Notes: a model not told the origin generated them from the sequence alone. Shown: positions 1 to 9,454, counted from the first letter of the stretch. The stretch: 29,905 nt of DNA from Candidatus Heimdallarchaeota archaeon (GCA_016839945.1 JAEOTE010000036.1:1-29905); one strand, 5' to 3'. Program-made: numbers and translations.

Positions 1-766
1 AAAACATATAGACGTTACACCACGAAAAGGAAAAGAAGGTGGTGCTTATTGTGGCATTAGTAAACAAAAAGAATATCCATTTGTTTTCGTCAACTATACA
101 GGAACTGTTGATTCAGCTCTGACGCTGGCTCATGAACTTGGGCATGCTTATCATGCTTATTATATACAACAAGAACAGACTTTAGTAAATGTTGGAAGCG
201 CTTTGCCAGTTGCAGAAATAGCTTCAGTATTTAACGAGATTTTAACCTTTGATTATATTATGAGTTTAGATCTTTCAAAGGAAGACAGAATTGCATTACT
301 AGCAAACCATGTAGAAAGCAATTTTGCAACTAGTCATCGACAGAATGCATTTTATAGATTTGAAAAGCAAGTACATGATTTATTGGATAAACAGTTACCT
401 ACAACTAGTGATTTGAAAGGCATGTTTGCTAAAGAGATGAAACTTATGTTTGGAAATTCTATTGCAAATATAGAAGAAGACTATGCAAGTTATATTTTTA
501 CAATACCACATTTCCTTAGCGTTCCCTTCTATGTATATGCCTATAATATGTCCAATATGCTAGTAATTGCTCTTTATCAACTATATCTTGAACAAAAAGA
601 AGATTTTATTCCAAAATACATGAAACTTCTTTCTGTTGGACGTTCTCTTACTCCAGATGAGATGTTGGCAATAGTAGGAATAGATCTTAATGATCCTTCA
701 TTTTGGCAGAAAGGTATGGACTATTTATCAAAACAAATCGATAAGTTGGAAGAACTTGTTGGTTGA
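1..766 (+). CDS. pepF: Oligoendopeptidase F (M3B peptidase), 5'-truncated by window edge
   Basis: Frame is open from base 2: KHIDVTPRKGKEGGAYC...TLAHELGHAYH (HExxH) ...AEIASVFNE...IPHF...FYVYAY; ends TGA at 766. Confidence 0.92.
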   Translation, partial: KHIDVTPRKGKEGGAYCGISKQKEYPFVFVNYTGTVDSALTLAHELGHAYHAYYIQQEQTLVNVGSALPVAEIASVFNEILTFDYIMSLDLSKEDRIALLANHVESNFATSHRQNAFYRFEKQVHDLLDKQLPTTSDLKGMFAKEMKLMFGNSIANIEEDYASYIFTIPHFLSVPFYVYAYNMSNMLVIALYQLYLEQKEDFIPKYMKLLSVGRSLTPDEMLAIVGIDLNDPSFWQKGMDYLSKQIDKLEELVG

Positions 767-814
767 ATAAAGAAGTCAACAAATTTGATAAATAGTTACT
801 TCTTTCTTTTTTTA

Positions 815-1468
815 ATGAAACTTACAGATTTTCACACTCATACAATTCTCTCAGATGGAGCTTTGATTCCTGCAGAGCATTTGAGAAGAATGATTGCAAA
901 AGGAATAACTGCAGCAAGCATTACAGATCATGTAGATTCAGCAACTATTGATTTAATTTTAAGCAGTTTAGATAAGATAAGAAATGATTTTGATGAATAC
1001 ATTACTTTCTTGCCAGGAGTAGAGATTACACATGTCTTACCATCTCAAATTGCTGAATTAGCAAAGAAAGCTAAAAAAAAGAATTTCCTCGTGGTGGTTC
1101 ATGGAGAATCAATTGTTGAACCAGTAATTGAGGGAACAAATCGAGCAGCTGTTGAGTGTCCTGATGTAGATATACTTGCACATCCTGGAATTCTAACAAT
1201 TGAAGAAGCACAATTAGCAAAAGATAATGATATATTCTTAGAAATAACAACTAGAGGAGGGCATTCATTGGGTAATGGTCTAGTTGCAGATTTAGCAATT
1301 GAAACAGGAGCTAAAATGATATTAAATACTGATGCTCATCAACCTAGAGAATTCATTACAAAAGAACTTAGAGAAAAGACTGCTTTAGGTGCTGGAATAC
1401 CTAGAAATATGTTCGAAGAAATCTTTGTGAAAAATGCTGATGAAATAATTAGAAGAATCCGAGGGTGA
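815..1468 (+). CDS. PHP-domain phosphoesterase (archaeal histidinol-phosphatase-like family)
   Basis: DFHTHT..SDG, ITDH, GVEITH, VHGE, LAHPG, NTDAH motifs; ATG at 815 more plausible than TTG at 785. Confidence 0.88.
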   Translation: MKLTDFHTHTILSDGALIPAEHLRRMIAKGITAASITDHVDSATIDLILSSLDKIRNDFDEYITFLPGVEITHVLPSQIAELAKKAKKKNFLVVVHGESIVEPVIEGTNRAAVECPDVDILAHPGILTIEEAQLAKDNDIFLEITTRGGHSLGNGLVADLAIETGAKMILNTDAHQPREFITKELREKTALGAGIPRNMFEEIFVKNADEIIRRIRG

Positions 1469-1474
1469 ATTGGA

Positions 1475-2005
1475 TTGTCTGGTACTTTCAAACTAGGAAA
1501 GAACTCTATTGTAGCAAGACATCATAAAGGGAAAAAAATCTTCAGATTTTCAACCAGAATCATGAATGGTGCATTCATCTTTCTTTATAGGATTTATCTT
1601 CTTCCATTATTTGGAATAGGAAGGAGTATGGTATTAGTTCATACTATAGGAAGCAAAACAGGAAAGAAAAGAACCACTCCAGTATTAGCTCTTCAGTTTT
1701 ATACAGGTAAATTGACATTTTATGTAGCTAGAGGTAGAAAAGCTCATTGGCTGAAGAACATTCTTGCTGCAGAAAATCAAATAATCAAAATTCAGAAAGG
1801 TTTCAAGAGAAAGAAAGTCAAAGCTATTCTAGTCAAAGATAAAGAAGAGAAATATAATCACTTAAAATACTACTTCGAGGAATTAAAAGAAGCGAAATAC
1901 ATCTTTGGATATGATAAACAAAAACATGGAGATGTTTTTAGTACTAACGAATTTAATAAAATACTAGAAATGATTGAATTTTTACAAATAGAGTTCATTG
2001 ATTAG
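1475..2005 (+). CDS. Deazaflavin (F420)-dependent nitroreductase/DDN-family oxidoreductase
   Basis: LVHTIGSKTGKKRTTPV and A.RG.KAHWLKNI match the DDN-family pattern (L.t.GrksG..R.tPl ... W..Nl). Confidence 0.75.
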   Translation: MSGTFKLGKNSIVARHHKGKKIFRFSTRIMNGAFIFLYRIYLLPLFGIGRSMVLVHTIGSKTGKKRTTPVLALQFYTGKLTFYVARGRKAHWLKNILAAENQIIKIQKGFKRKKVKAILVKDKEEKYNHLKYYFEELKEAKYIFGYDKQKHGDVFSTNEFNKILEMIEFLQIEFID

Positions 2006-2014
2006 TATTTGTAA

Positions 2015-2839
2015 TTATTCTGTTATCTTTCTTGCTTCATCTACACATAATCTTAAAACTTCATAACCTGATGAGATAATTCTTCTCAGTGACTGGGAGT
2101 TAGTGAAATCTTCCATGAAGGCTATCCAACCCTCGTAGTAGTAATCCTTGTAACTTTCAGCAATCAAATGATAATCATTTTTTTCTAATTCTTCAGATAT
2201 TTTTGATCTATTTAGTGCCCACAAGTCTAGTGGATTTTCACTAGTCTGACTTAACAATCTAAAAGGAGATGGTGAAACTTTCCAATTCATCCTTCTAATC
2301 ATACACCAGAGATCTAATCCTGTTCTGTCAATCATGGAATGTGGAATAGTTTGGAAGAATTCCTCAAGTTCTACTAATCTCTGTAAATCAATCTTCTTGA
2401 TTACATCATTAGGAGGATTATTCATTTCTCCTGGTTCTCCCATAAGAATCCTCATTTCATTTTTCTTAGGAAAAATAACAGTATCAACTGCATTAAACAA
2501 TTTCTTTAAATTAATTACTTGCATTCTAGGAAGGTGGAAATAATTGGGATTCTCTTCGATAAACCTTGTTTCATATTGCTCTGAAATATTAATTGATTCA
2601 AAAATAAAGCTATCATCCATAAAGAAATTTGAATGCTCTTTTGGTTTTACATGTATATCCACATCACTTAAAACTGGAACATAATCAATGAAACTCTCCC
2701 AATTTTTAGTGGCTGAACCTTTGCAATAAACATAGTCTATTGTCTCAGAGTATTCTTCTTCAAATATTGATTTCCAAATTTCTAAGCTAGATTCGACCTC
2801 TTTTTTAGCTTGTTTCATATATGCAGAATATTCACTCAT
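2015..2839 (-). CDS. Hypothetical protein with pol-beta-type nucleotidyltransferase motif
   Basis: YCKGSA...LSDVDIHV resembles hG[GS]...DxD; likely start MSEYS at 2839. Confidence 0.55.
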   Translation of the reverse strand: MSEYSAYMKQAKKEVESSLEIWKSIFEEEYSETIDYVYCKGSATKNWESFIDYVPVLSDVDIHVKPKEHSNFFMDDSFIFESINISEQYETRFIEENPNYFHLPRMQVINLKKLFNAVDTVIFPKKNEMRILMGEPGEMNNPPNDVIKKIDLQRLVELEEFFQTIPHSMIDRTGLDLWCMIRRMNWKVSPSPFRLLSQTSENPLDLWALNRSKISEELEKNDYHLIAESYKDYYYEGWIAFMEDFTNSQSLRRIISSGYEVLRLCVDEARKITE

Positions 2840-2994
2840 CTTGAGAGAGATACCATAACAGTTTATAATTGATATTATTTCAGAGATTATCACTATAAGT
2901 ATTAGGAGACATAAAGTATCTTTAAATTGAATAAAAAGCATGTTTTTAAATATTAAAATAAATAAATTATTAATTAGAAAGAAAGTGTGAAATT

Positions 2995-4308
2995 ATGAGC
3001 TTTGAGAGAGAGAAAGGAGACGAATTCTTTAGTCAATTTAATTTTAAAGAATCATTTCATTGGTATCTCAAAGCAAGAGAGGTTTATTTCTTAGAAGGGA
3101 AGGAAAAAGAACTAAGAGATGTTGAAATAAAAATTGCTCGATGTTTTGGATTATTGGGAAGAAAAAAAGAAGCTATTGATCTTCTTAAAGAGTTAGTTGA
3201 ACAAACAAAAGAAAGAATTCTACTTGATGATTATTATCTAGTTATACTTGAATTAGCAGCCATAGCTTTTGCTTATGGATGTTATTTGGATGGTCAAAAA
3301 TGGCTTGATGAGCTTGAAGAAGAAGTTATTCCTGAAGAGAATCTTCCTATTTTCTTTAGATATTGGCAAACAAAAGCCCAAATCAACATTGTTTATCATA
3401 ATCTAGAGAAAGCTAGAAAGTTAGTGCATTTCTTGATGGATAAAGCAAAATCAATGGGAAATGATCTTTATTATTATGAATTACAAGTTTTAGAAGCTCA
3501 AATAGATGCTGAAGAAGGTGACGTTTTAAAAGCTTTATCAAATATTGATGAAGCATTTAAATTCTTCCAAGAAACACCTTTTGAAAGAGCAGCTTTTGAG
3601 AAAAAAATCATTCTATCTCAATTTGTTGAAGAACCAGCTGAAACAATTAGATTGCTTGATGAATATATTGAGAGATATCAACCTGAGGATATTCACCCTC
3701 TATTATTCAATGCTCAAAGAATAGAATTAGAGTTGCGATCAGAGCAGATAACTCCAACTATTGCAATAGAAAAAGGGGAAAGACTTCTCCTCAGTGCAGA
3801 AAGTATTGAACATCTTGAATTAGCCGCGAAAGTAAGAAGGTTGCTAGCTGGATTGTATCAATCAATAGGAAATACAAAAAATGCAGCAGAAGCCTTCAAA
3901 AAATCTCGGGAATATTTTATCTCACAAGAACTTGAGTATGAAGAAGCATTAACATTCTTTATTTTCCTACCAGTATTGCTCCAGTATCATTCAGCAAAAA
4001 TGATGGGATTAACAGGATTCTTGACTGGTACTAATTTAAAATCTAATGAGTTTCTAGAAAATGTTGACTTACAAGAGGAAATTGAGAGAATTTTAGAAAT
4101 CTTCGAAAAATATAATGATTCAGTAAGAACAAAGATGACACAATTTTTCCAGCTATCGTATAAAATTTCAATGGTTGGATATGGGAAAGAATTCAATCAA
4201 TCTATTCATGAAATTAAAGATATTTATCAATGGATGATAGATAAAGGAGAATTACATTATTCTGAAATGATCGGACAGTTTCTTGAACTTGTAAAACAAT
4301 TTAGCTAG
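2995..4308 (+). CDS. TPR-like alpha-helical repeat protein
   Basis: Repeated helical patterns (IARCFGLLGRKKEAIDLL; LAGLYQSIGNTKNAAEAFKKS); 437 aa. Confidence 0.7.
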   Translation: MSFEREKGDEFFSQFNFKESFHWYLKAREVYFLEGKEKELRDVEIKIARCFGLLGRKKEAIDLLKELVEQTKERILLDDYYLVILELAAIAFAYGCYLDGQKWLDELEEEVIPEENLPIFFRYWQTKAQINIVYHNLEKARKLVHFLMDKAKSMGNDLYYYELQVLEAQIDAEEGDVLKALSNIDEAFKFFQETPFERAAFEKKIILSQFVEEPAETIRLLDEYIERYQPEDIHPLLFNAQRIELELRSEQITPTIAIEKGERLLLSAESIEHLELAAKVRRLLAGLYQSIGNTKNAAEAFKKSREYFISQELEYEEALTFFIFLPVLLQYHSAKMMGLTGFLTGTNLKSNEFLENVDLQEEIERILEIFEKYNDSVRTKMTQFFQLSYKISMVGYGKEFNQSIHEIKDIYQWMIDKGELHYSEMIGQFLELVKQFS

Positions 4309-4317
4309 TGAAATACA

Positions 4318-5124
4318 ATGAAAAAATTTGATCCTCATGTACGAATACAAATATATACACCTATTCACAATTTCTTAAATCTTCTAAGTGACGAAATGGA
4401 AAAGGAAATTGAGGATGGAAAGTATGAGCAAATTATTCTAGATTCACCCACTTCAAGGAACCATAAAAAGATATTAAAGGAGCTTCCTGACCCTGTAGAT
4501 CGTCTTTCAATAATATCACTAACAGCTAAGTATATGGCAGATACTAGAAAAACTGATGATAGAAACGTTCTATTCTCTCTATCAAGAACACCTTTTTTTC
4601 TATTTCCAAATTTTAGCAAAGAGAATGTGAATCTATATTCTCAAGCAGATGTTGAAGAGATTATTGAATTTGTAAATGAATTTAATAAAAATCTACCTCA
4701 ACACTCACCACGTTTTGATACTAAGTTATTGCTTGTTCTGAAAATTGAATATTATATCAATACCTTCCTGTATTTTTCAAAATCCATGTCAGAAAAGAGG
4801 TTTCCTTTTGGAAGCGATTTTTATAATTTTATTAGCTTCCTAATTCATGAGTTCTACACAATTCTTAAACCTATGATTGATGAGATCCCTAAAGAAATAA
4901 GGAATATGATTTCAATTTTTGAGCAACATCTTAATTACTCAACAATAATCTACTTGTTAGAGCACTATCCAGAACAAGCAACAGAATTTACTTTTATTTT
5001 AAACAACATTCCAAAACTATCATTAACAGAAAATGAAAAGAAATTACTTACAGAAATTTTAAAAGATTCAATACTAGTAAATAAAGAAGAAAAAGCATTG
5101 TTGATTCAAAAATTAAATAAATAA
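4318..5124 (+). CDS. Hypothetical protein
   Basis: 268-aa ORF 9 bp downstream of the TPR gene; no motif recognised. Confidence 0.7.
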   Translation: MKKFDPHVRIQIYTPIHNFLNLLSDEMEKEIEDGKYEQIILDSPTSRNHKKILKELPDPVDRLSIISLTAKYMADTRKTDDRNVLFSLSRTPFFLFPNFSKENVNLYSQADVEEIIEFVNEFNKNLPQHSPRFDTKLLLVLKIEYYINTFLYFSKSMSEKRFPFGSDFYNFISFLIHEFYTILKPMIDEIPKEIRNMISIFEQHLNYSTIIYLLEHYPEQATEFTFILNNIPKLSLTENEKKLLTEILKDSILVNKEEKALLIQKLNK

Positions 5125-5185
5125 GTGAAATTATTTAATAGTTTAAAGAATAAACAATAAAAGTATTCTAGCATGTGATTATGTA

Positions 5186-5509
5186 ATGAAAAACAAATAT
5201 GTCCAAGTTCAGACAACTGTGGGATCTGAAGAAGAAGCTTTTTTGTATGCAAGTTCCTTGATAAAGATGAATTTTGCGGCTTGTGTTCATTATTATCCTA
5301 TTAAGAGTATTTACAGATGGAAGGGTCAAATAGAAAAATCTGATGAATTTATTTTACTCATCAAAGCCCCTCTCAAAAATAGTAATAAGATAATAGAATA
5401 CCTCAAACTAGAACACTCATATGAAATACCTGAAATATTGGTTTTGGATTTTAATGGAGGATCAAAAGAGTATTTAGATTGGATAGATGAAGAGACTAAG
5501 CAAAAGTAA
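5186..5509 (+). CDS. cutA: Divalent-cation tolerance protein CutA
   Basis: AACV...SIYRWKGQIE..E...LIK...HSYEIPEI...Y..W signature, 107 aa. Confidence 0.95.
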   Translation: MKNKYVQVQTTVGSEEEAFLYASSLIKMNFAACVHYYPIKSIYRWKGQIEKSDEFILLIKAPLKNSNKIIEYLKLEHSYEIPEILVLDFNGGSKEYLDWIDEETKQK

Positions 5510-5510
5510 T

Positions 5511-6740
5511 TTAGAAAATTACTATAGCCATCAAAACAAGAATTGAAGTAGTTATCAAATCAGCTGTCGATGTTAGAAGAGGGTTTACTAGACTATCTGG
5601 ATCAAGACCTATTTTGTAGGTTATAAACGTAGATGAGATAGCTAATGAGCTAATAATAAAGTAAGCTAGAATATTCGTTATAATAAGTACAGCTAATATT
5701 TTAAAAAAAAGTACAGCTGTTATACTTCTTGGAACCAGTGAGATACCTATTATACTTAACAACAACGTAAAAATTATTCCAGCAAAGATAATCCCACTAT
5801 AGGTTATTTGGAATTCCTGAGTCTTCAATGTAGAAAATGAAGGCTTAATTTTACCTAAATATAATTTTGTTGTAGTTGTATTAGCTAAAATTATACTTTG
5901 ATCACCAATCGTACTCAATATTGCTGGATAGAATACAATTAGAATGGGTACTTGAGTCAAAATATCAGAAAAGAAAGCCAATACTGAACCTGTTCCAGCT
6001 GCAATAATATTTGTTATAGTAAGAGCTGGTAGAGATTGAAAAAGACCTTGTTTAAAATATTCATTTCTTATAAATTTAAAGAGTATAAAAGAAACGAAAC
6101 ATACAGTTACAATAATAAGTGGAACTCCTAAGTAAAAATGAAGGTAATAATTATTGCGCCAAGGTTGATAGATCCAACAGACTGCTACAAAAATTAAAGT
6201 AATAATAATATCATTTAAAGAAGATGTTAGAGGATAAGCATAAACATCTGGATCTTTATTTTTCCTATATAAGAAGAATGTGAGTGTAAAGGCAATACTG
6301 ATTGCTAATATTGAAGTTAAAACAAATGAAGTTAAAGAAATAGAAACAATTTTCAGAAAGTCTACAAATTGTATATTGAGTTTAAAGAGAATACCTAAGA
6401 AAGAAGTTACACATCCAATTAAAATTGAATCATAAACAGACAAAAAGAAAAGTAATCCAATTAAATGGAATAATCTATCTGTTCTTCTTTTCCAAGATGG
6501 ATAAATTGTACCTAAATGAAGTGCTGTACCTAGTTTTCCAGTTAATATCCCATTTATGTCTCCTCTCACTGTAAGAAGAAGAGGGTATATCAGAAATATC
6601 CAAGGAATGTTGTCTTTAAGATTTTGAAGGAGTACTGCTGAACGTCCAGCAAACAAACCTCCAATATTGAAGATAATTGCTCCGAATGCTGAGAGAGCAA
6701 AACCTGCAAATAGAGAAATTGATGAGGGACGTTTTAACAT
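5511..6740 (-). CDS. MgtE/SLC41-type magnesium transporter with two MgtE membrane domains
   Basis: Two copies of the DPD...P..s..D motif (DPDVYAYPLTSSLND; DPDSLVNPLLTSTAD), RGDING..GKLGTALHLG; highly hydrophobic. Confidence 0.85.
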   Translation of the reverse strand: MLKRPSSISLFAGFALSAFGAIIFNIGGLFAGRSAVLLQNLKDNIPWIFLIYPLLLTVRGDINGILTGKLGTALHLGTIYPSWKRRTDRLFHLIGLLFFLSVYDSILIGCVTSFLGILFKLNIQFVDFLKIVSISLTSFVLTSILAISIAFTLTFFLYRKNKDPDVYAYPLTSSLNDIIITLIFVAVCWIYQPWRNNYYLHFYLGVPLIIVTVCFVSFILFKFIRNEYFKQGLFQSLPALTITNIIAAGTGSVLAFFSDILTQVPILIVFYPAILSTIGDQSIILANTTTTKLYLGKIKPSFSTLKTQEFQITYSGIIFAGIIFTLLLSIIGISLVPRSITAVLFFKILAVLIITNILAYFIISSLAISSTFITYKIGLDPDSLVNPLLTSTADLITTSILVLMAIVIF

Positions 6741-6814
6741 ACAGCCCAAGAATCTTTATAGAACTTAATAAATATAATTGTTATAATGGAAAATAGAAGA
6801 TAAAAAGAAGAGGA

Positions 6815-7186
6815 TTAATATTGTTTTATACCTAATTTAGCAGCAACTTCAATTCTTCTTAGAGCAAGAGAGAAGAATGTTTGACCTATATCACTGGTTT
6901 TTGAAAGATCAGGATCAATATTAAGCATTTCTTGATAATATTTTGCATTAGGTCTATCTGATTTTGATAATTCATCAGCAATATTTTTTGCTTCATCAAC
7001 TTTTCCGTACATAAGATTATATGAGAAAAGGAGATTGGGATTAGCTTTAATATCCTCTACAGGGATAAGGTCTAAGTTTAGAACTAATATCCATGAGAGA
7101 GAATCAAACAATTTAGGTTCTACTCTGTCGCAGAGTTTCTGCAAATCAGTATATCTTTCTTCAAGTGGAACACTCATTACAATCAC
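6815..7186 (-). CDS. Hypothetical protein
   Basis: 123-aa ORF filling the gap between neighbours; start 7186 or ATG about 9 nt downstream. Confidence 0.65.
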   Translation of the reverse strand: MIVMSVPLEERYTDLQKLCDRVEPKLFDSLSWILVLNLDLIPVEDIKANPNLLFSYNLMYGKVDEAKNIADELSKSDRPNAKYYQEMLNIDPDLSKTSDIGQTFFSLALRRIEVAAKLGIKQY

Positions 7187-7242
7187 TTAACTATTTTAAA
7201 AAAGCACCCTTCATTTATAAAATTTTACCTTTCTTGAATATA

Positions 7243-8172
7243 CTACTTCTCTGCTATGACAAGTAAAAACTCTCTTAATTCTATCATTTTCATTTTACTT
7301 CCTCCATAGACACTTTCAATATGAGCCTTTACTTCATCTTTACTAAACTGAGTGAAACCTCCAGGAGCTCTTTTTGGAAAGAACGAACTAAAACCATCTG
7401 TTAATTTTTGTAAAGCTTCAAATAAATAACTCTCAAATGCTATAATCTCTACAAAAGCAATCTTTCCTCCAGGTTTTAGGAGTCTTCTTGTCTCTAAAAG
7501 AAAAGTATCAAATTCCCGTTTTTTAATTAATCCTAAAGAAAGTATCGACATCATTCTATCTAGAAAATCTGTCTTCAGAGGTATATTATCATAAGTGCTT
7601 CTTATTTTTTGGTAAAAGGGTACATCAGTGTATTCAGAATAAGGCATCAGAATATTAAATCTGTGAGGTAAATCTTCTTCCGTGGCATCAACACATTCAC
7701 CACAAACTTTGGGTATAAGAAATTCAAGATTATTTGGAGAGATTATTCCAAAATTCATCTCTTTCAAACAGCCCATATTTTTAATACAGATGTTATCCAG
7801 AATCTTAATCAATTCCTCAGTCATACCTTCAAAAATAGTGCTTACTGACCAGTATAAAGCTCTATTTAATTCTGCTTTACCTTTATTTGTTATTTCAAGA
7901 AAAGTCTTATACCCTTTTCCTGGAATAGGATTTGTTTGAATAAAAGCTTCTTTTTCAAGTCTGTCAAAAATAGCATAAAAAGAGCTTTCAGGTTTTTCTT
8001 CTATCTCAGTATCATGATATTTGCTTCGAAAGTAATTTATCATTTCACCTTTGTATACAGGTTCAGGAGCTTTGTTCAAAATCTTAAGAATCTCTAATTC
8101 AATCCAACTAACAGAGAATATACCTTTATTGTTTTCTACATCATGATTTTTTACTTTCTTTTTCTCAGACAT
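7243..8172 (-). CDS. PadR-like winged-helix regulator fused to a degenerate class I SAM-methyltransferase-like domain
   Basis: N-term ILKIL...SSFYAIFDRLEKEAFI...LEITNKGKAEL; C-term IPLKTDFLDRMMS...LLETRRLLKPGGKIAFVE. Confidence 0.7.
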   Translation of the reverse strand: MSEKKKVKNHDVENNKGIFSVSWIELEILKILNKAPEPVYKGEMINYFRSKYHDTEIEEKPESSFYAIFDRLEKEAFIQTNPIPGKGYKTFLEITNKGKAELNRALYWSVSTIFEGMTEELIKILDNICIKNMGCLKEMNFGIISPNNLEFLIPKVCGECVDATEEDLPHRFNILMPYSEYTDVPFYQKIRSTYDNIPLKTDFLDRMMSILSLGLIKKREFDTFLLETRRLLKPGGKIAFVEIIAFESYLFEALQKLTDGFSSFFPKRAPGGFTQFSKDEVKAHIESVYGGSKMKMIELREFLLVIAEK

Positions 8173-8275
8173 GAAAGCACCGTTTTATCATGTTATGGTT
8201 GGTATATTTTAAGGCTTTTGTGAACTAAAGATTCACTTTTATTGAATTTGTTAGAAAATAGGATAAAGAGAGAAA

Positions 8276-8929
8276 TTATATTCTCTTCCTTTTTCGAATT
8301 ATAACAAAGATTGTAGTGGGTATAAATAATCCAAGAATTGCCCATAAGAAATCAAATGGAGCCTCTACTACATAACTTACAAATACTAGTTCCAGAATGC
8401 TAGTAAGATTAGCATTGTCTGTAAAATTTTCATAATATCTCTTTGTAATTCCATCTGCAGGATCTACTTCCATTTCAATGAAAAATGAATATTGATCTTG
8501 TGTAATTGTGAAATTCACATAGAAATTAGAAGCTGCATCTGTAACATTAAATAATTCAGGTTTGTCTTCAAAATCCTCTCTAATTGTTGTTTCAGTGCTT
8601 CCATTTATTTTTCTTATATGCCAAAAGAGAGGAAAACCTTCACCTGTATATTTTTTTCCATCAATGTTGATACTTGCATAGATTTTATTCAAATCTTCAT
8701 CTGTTAAAGGTCCAGGATACAAACTATCTTTCAGTTTAACTGTAAAATTTGCACCTTCCACAACATCAGTTTCATAGAAATTATCTGATTGATTAATTAA
8801 CCAAGTAAATGTTCCATTTTTAACCATTTTATCAGAATAATAGTATTGAACATCTTGTGCGATAGAAGGAGTACCAATAAATGCAAAAATTATTACAGCA
8901 ATTATGCTTATTTGAAGGAATTTTTTCAT
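8276..8929 (-). CDS. Secreted/surface protein with signal peptide and C-terminal TM anchor
   Basis: MKKFLQISIIAVIIFAFIGTPSIA signal; C-term EAPF + hydrophobic helix + RKRKRI; N-x-S/T sequons. Confidence 0.8.
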   Translation of the reverse strand: MKKFLQISIIAVIIFAFIGTPSIAQDVQYYYSDKMVKNGTFTWLINQSDNFYETDVVEGANFTVKLKDSLYPGPLTDEDLNKIYASINIDGKKYTGEGFPLFWHIRKINGSTETTIREDFEDKPELFNVTDAASNFYVNFTITQDQYSFFIEMEVDPADGITKRYYENFTDNANLTSILELVFVSYVVEAPFDFLWAILGLFIPTTIFVIIRKRKRI

Positions 8930-9058
8930 TTTTCCACCACATTTTGAATGGGAATATCTAAAAGAACTTCTTTTGATTTTAAAACCTTGCTAAATATTAC
9001 TTTTCAAGGATATTTATATAATCAGATAAAGTTTGAAAAATCATACTAGTTTATTTTA

Positions 9059-9301
9059 TTAAGATGATTTCCCTTTAACAGCTGTATTCCTAAAATTCTT
9101 TCTAAGATAACTAGGATCCTTACCTCTTTCAAATAATTCTTTTATTGAATCTCGTTTTTCTGGTTCACATTTAGGACAGTATGCGTTGCAATAAGATCCT
9201 GAAGTTACTGCTTCTTCAAAGAAATCGTGATTTGAGAAATAAGGAAAATCACATACCCACTCTTCATCGCACTGTTCACATTTATGTTTGCAAAATCCCA
9301 T
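9059..9301 (-). CDS. Small Cys-rich putative metal-binding protein (paralog of 23992-24231)
   Basis: CKHKCEQCDEEWVCDFPYFS...YCNAYCPKC; coding status supported by conserved paralog in the same window. Confidence 0.85.
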   Translation of the reverse strand: MGFCKHKCEQCDEEWVCDFPYFSNHDFFEEAVTSGSYCNAYCPKCEPEKRDSIKELFERGKDPSYLRKNFRNTAVKGKSS

Positions 9302-9396
9302 TTTCAGCTCTCCTTTTCGTTTCTCAGAATATGTATCTTCTCTTTACATATAATCTTAATGGTTTTTGGTTGATTTTTGTCTAAACACTTAAGAAG

Positions 9397-9421
9397 GTTC
9401 TCTCTCAGAATAAGAGAGAAC
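9397..9421. promoter_or_regulatory. Inverted repeat in the divergent promoter region (possible operator or hairpin)
   Basis: GTTCTCTCT-cagaata-AGAGAGAAC, perfect 9-bp arms with 7-nt spacer, about 35 bp upstream of ATG 9455. Confidence 0.4.
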
Positions 9422-9454
9422 AATTATATAGGTATTTTTCTTTTTTTAGTATAT

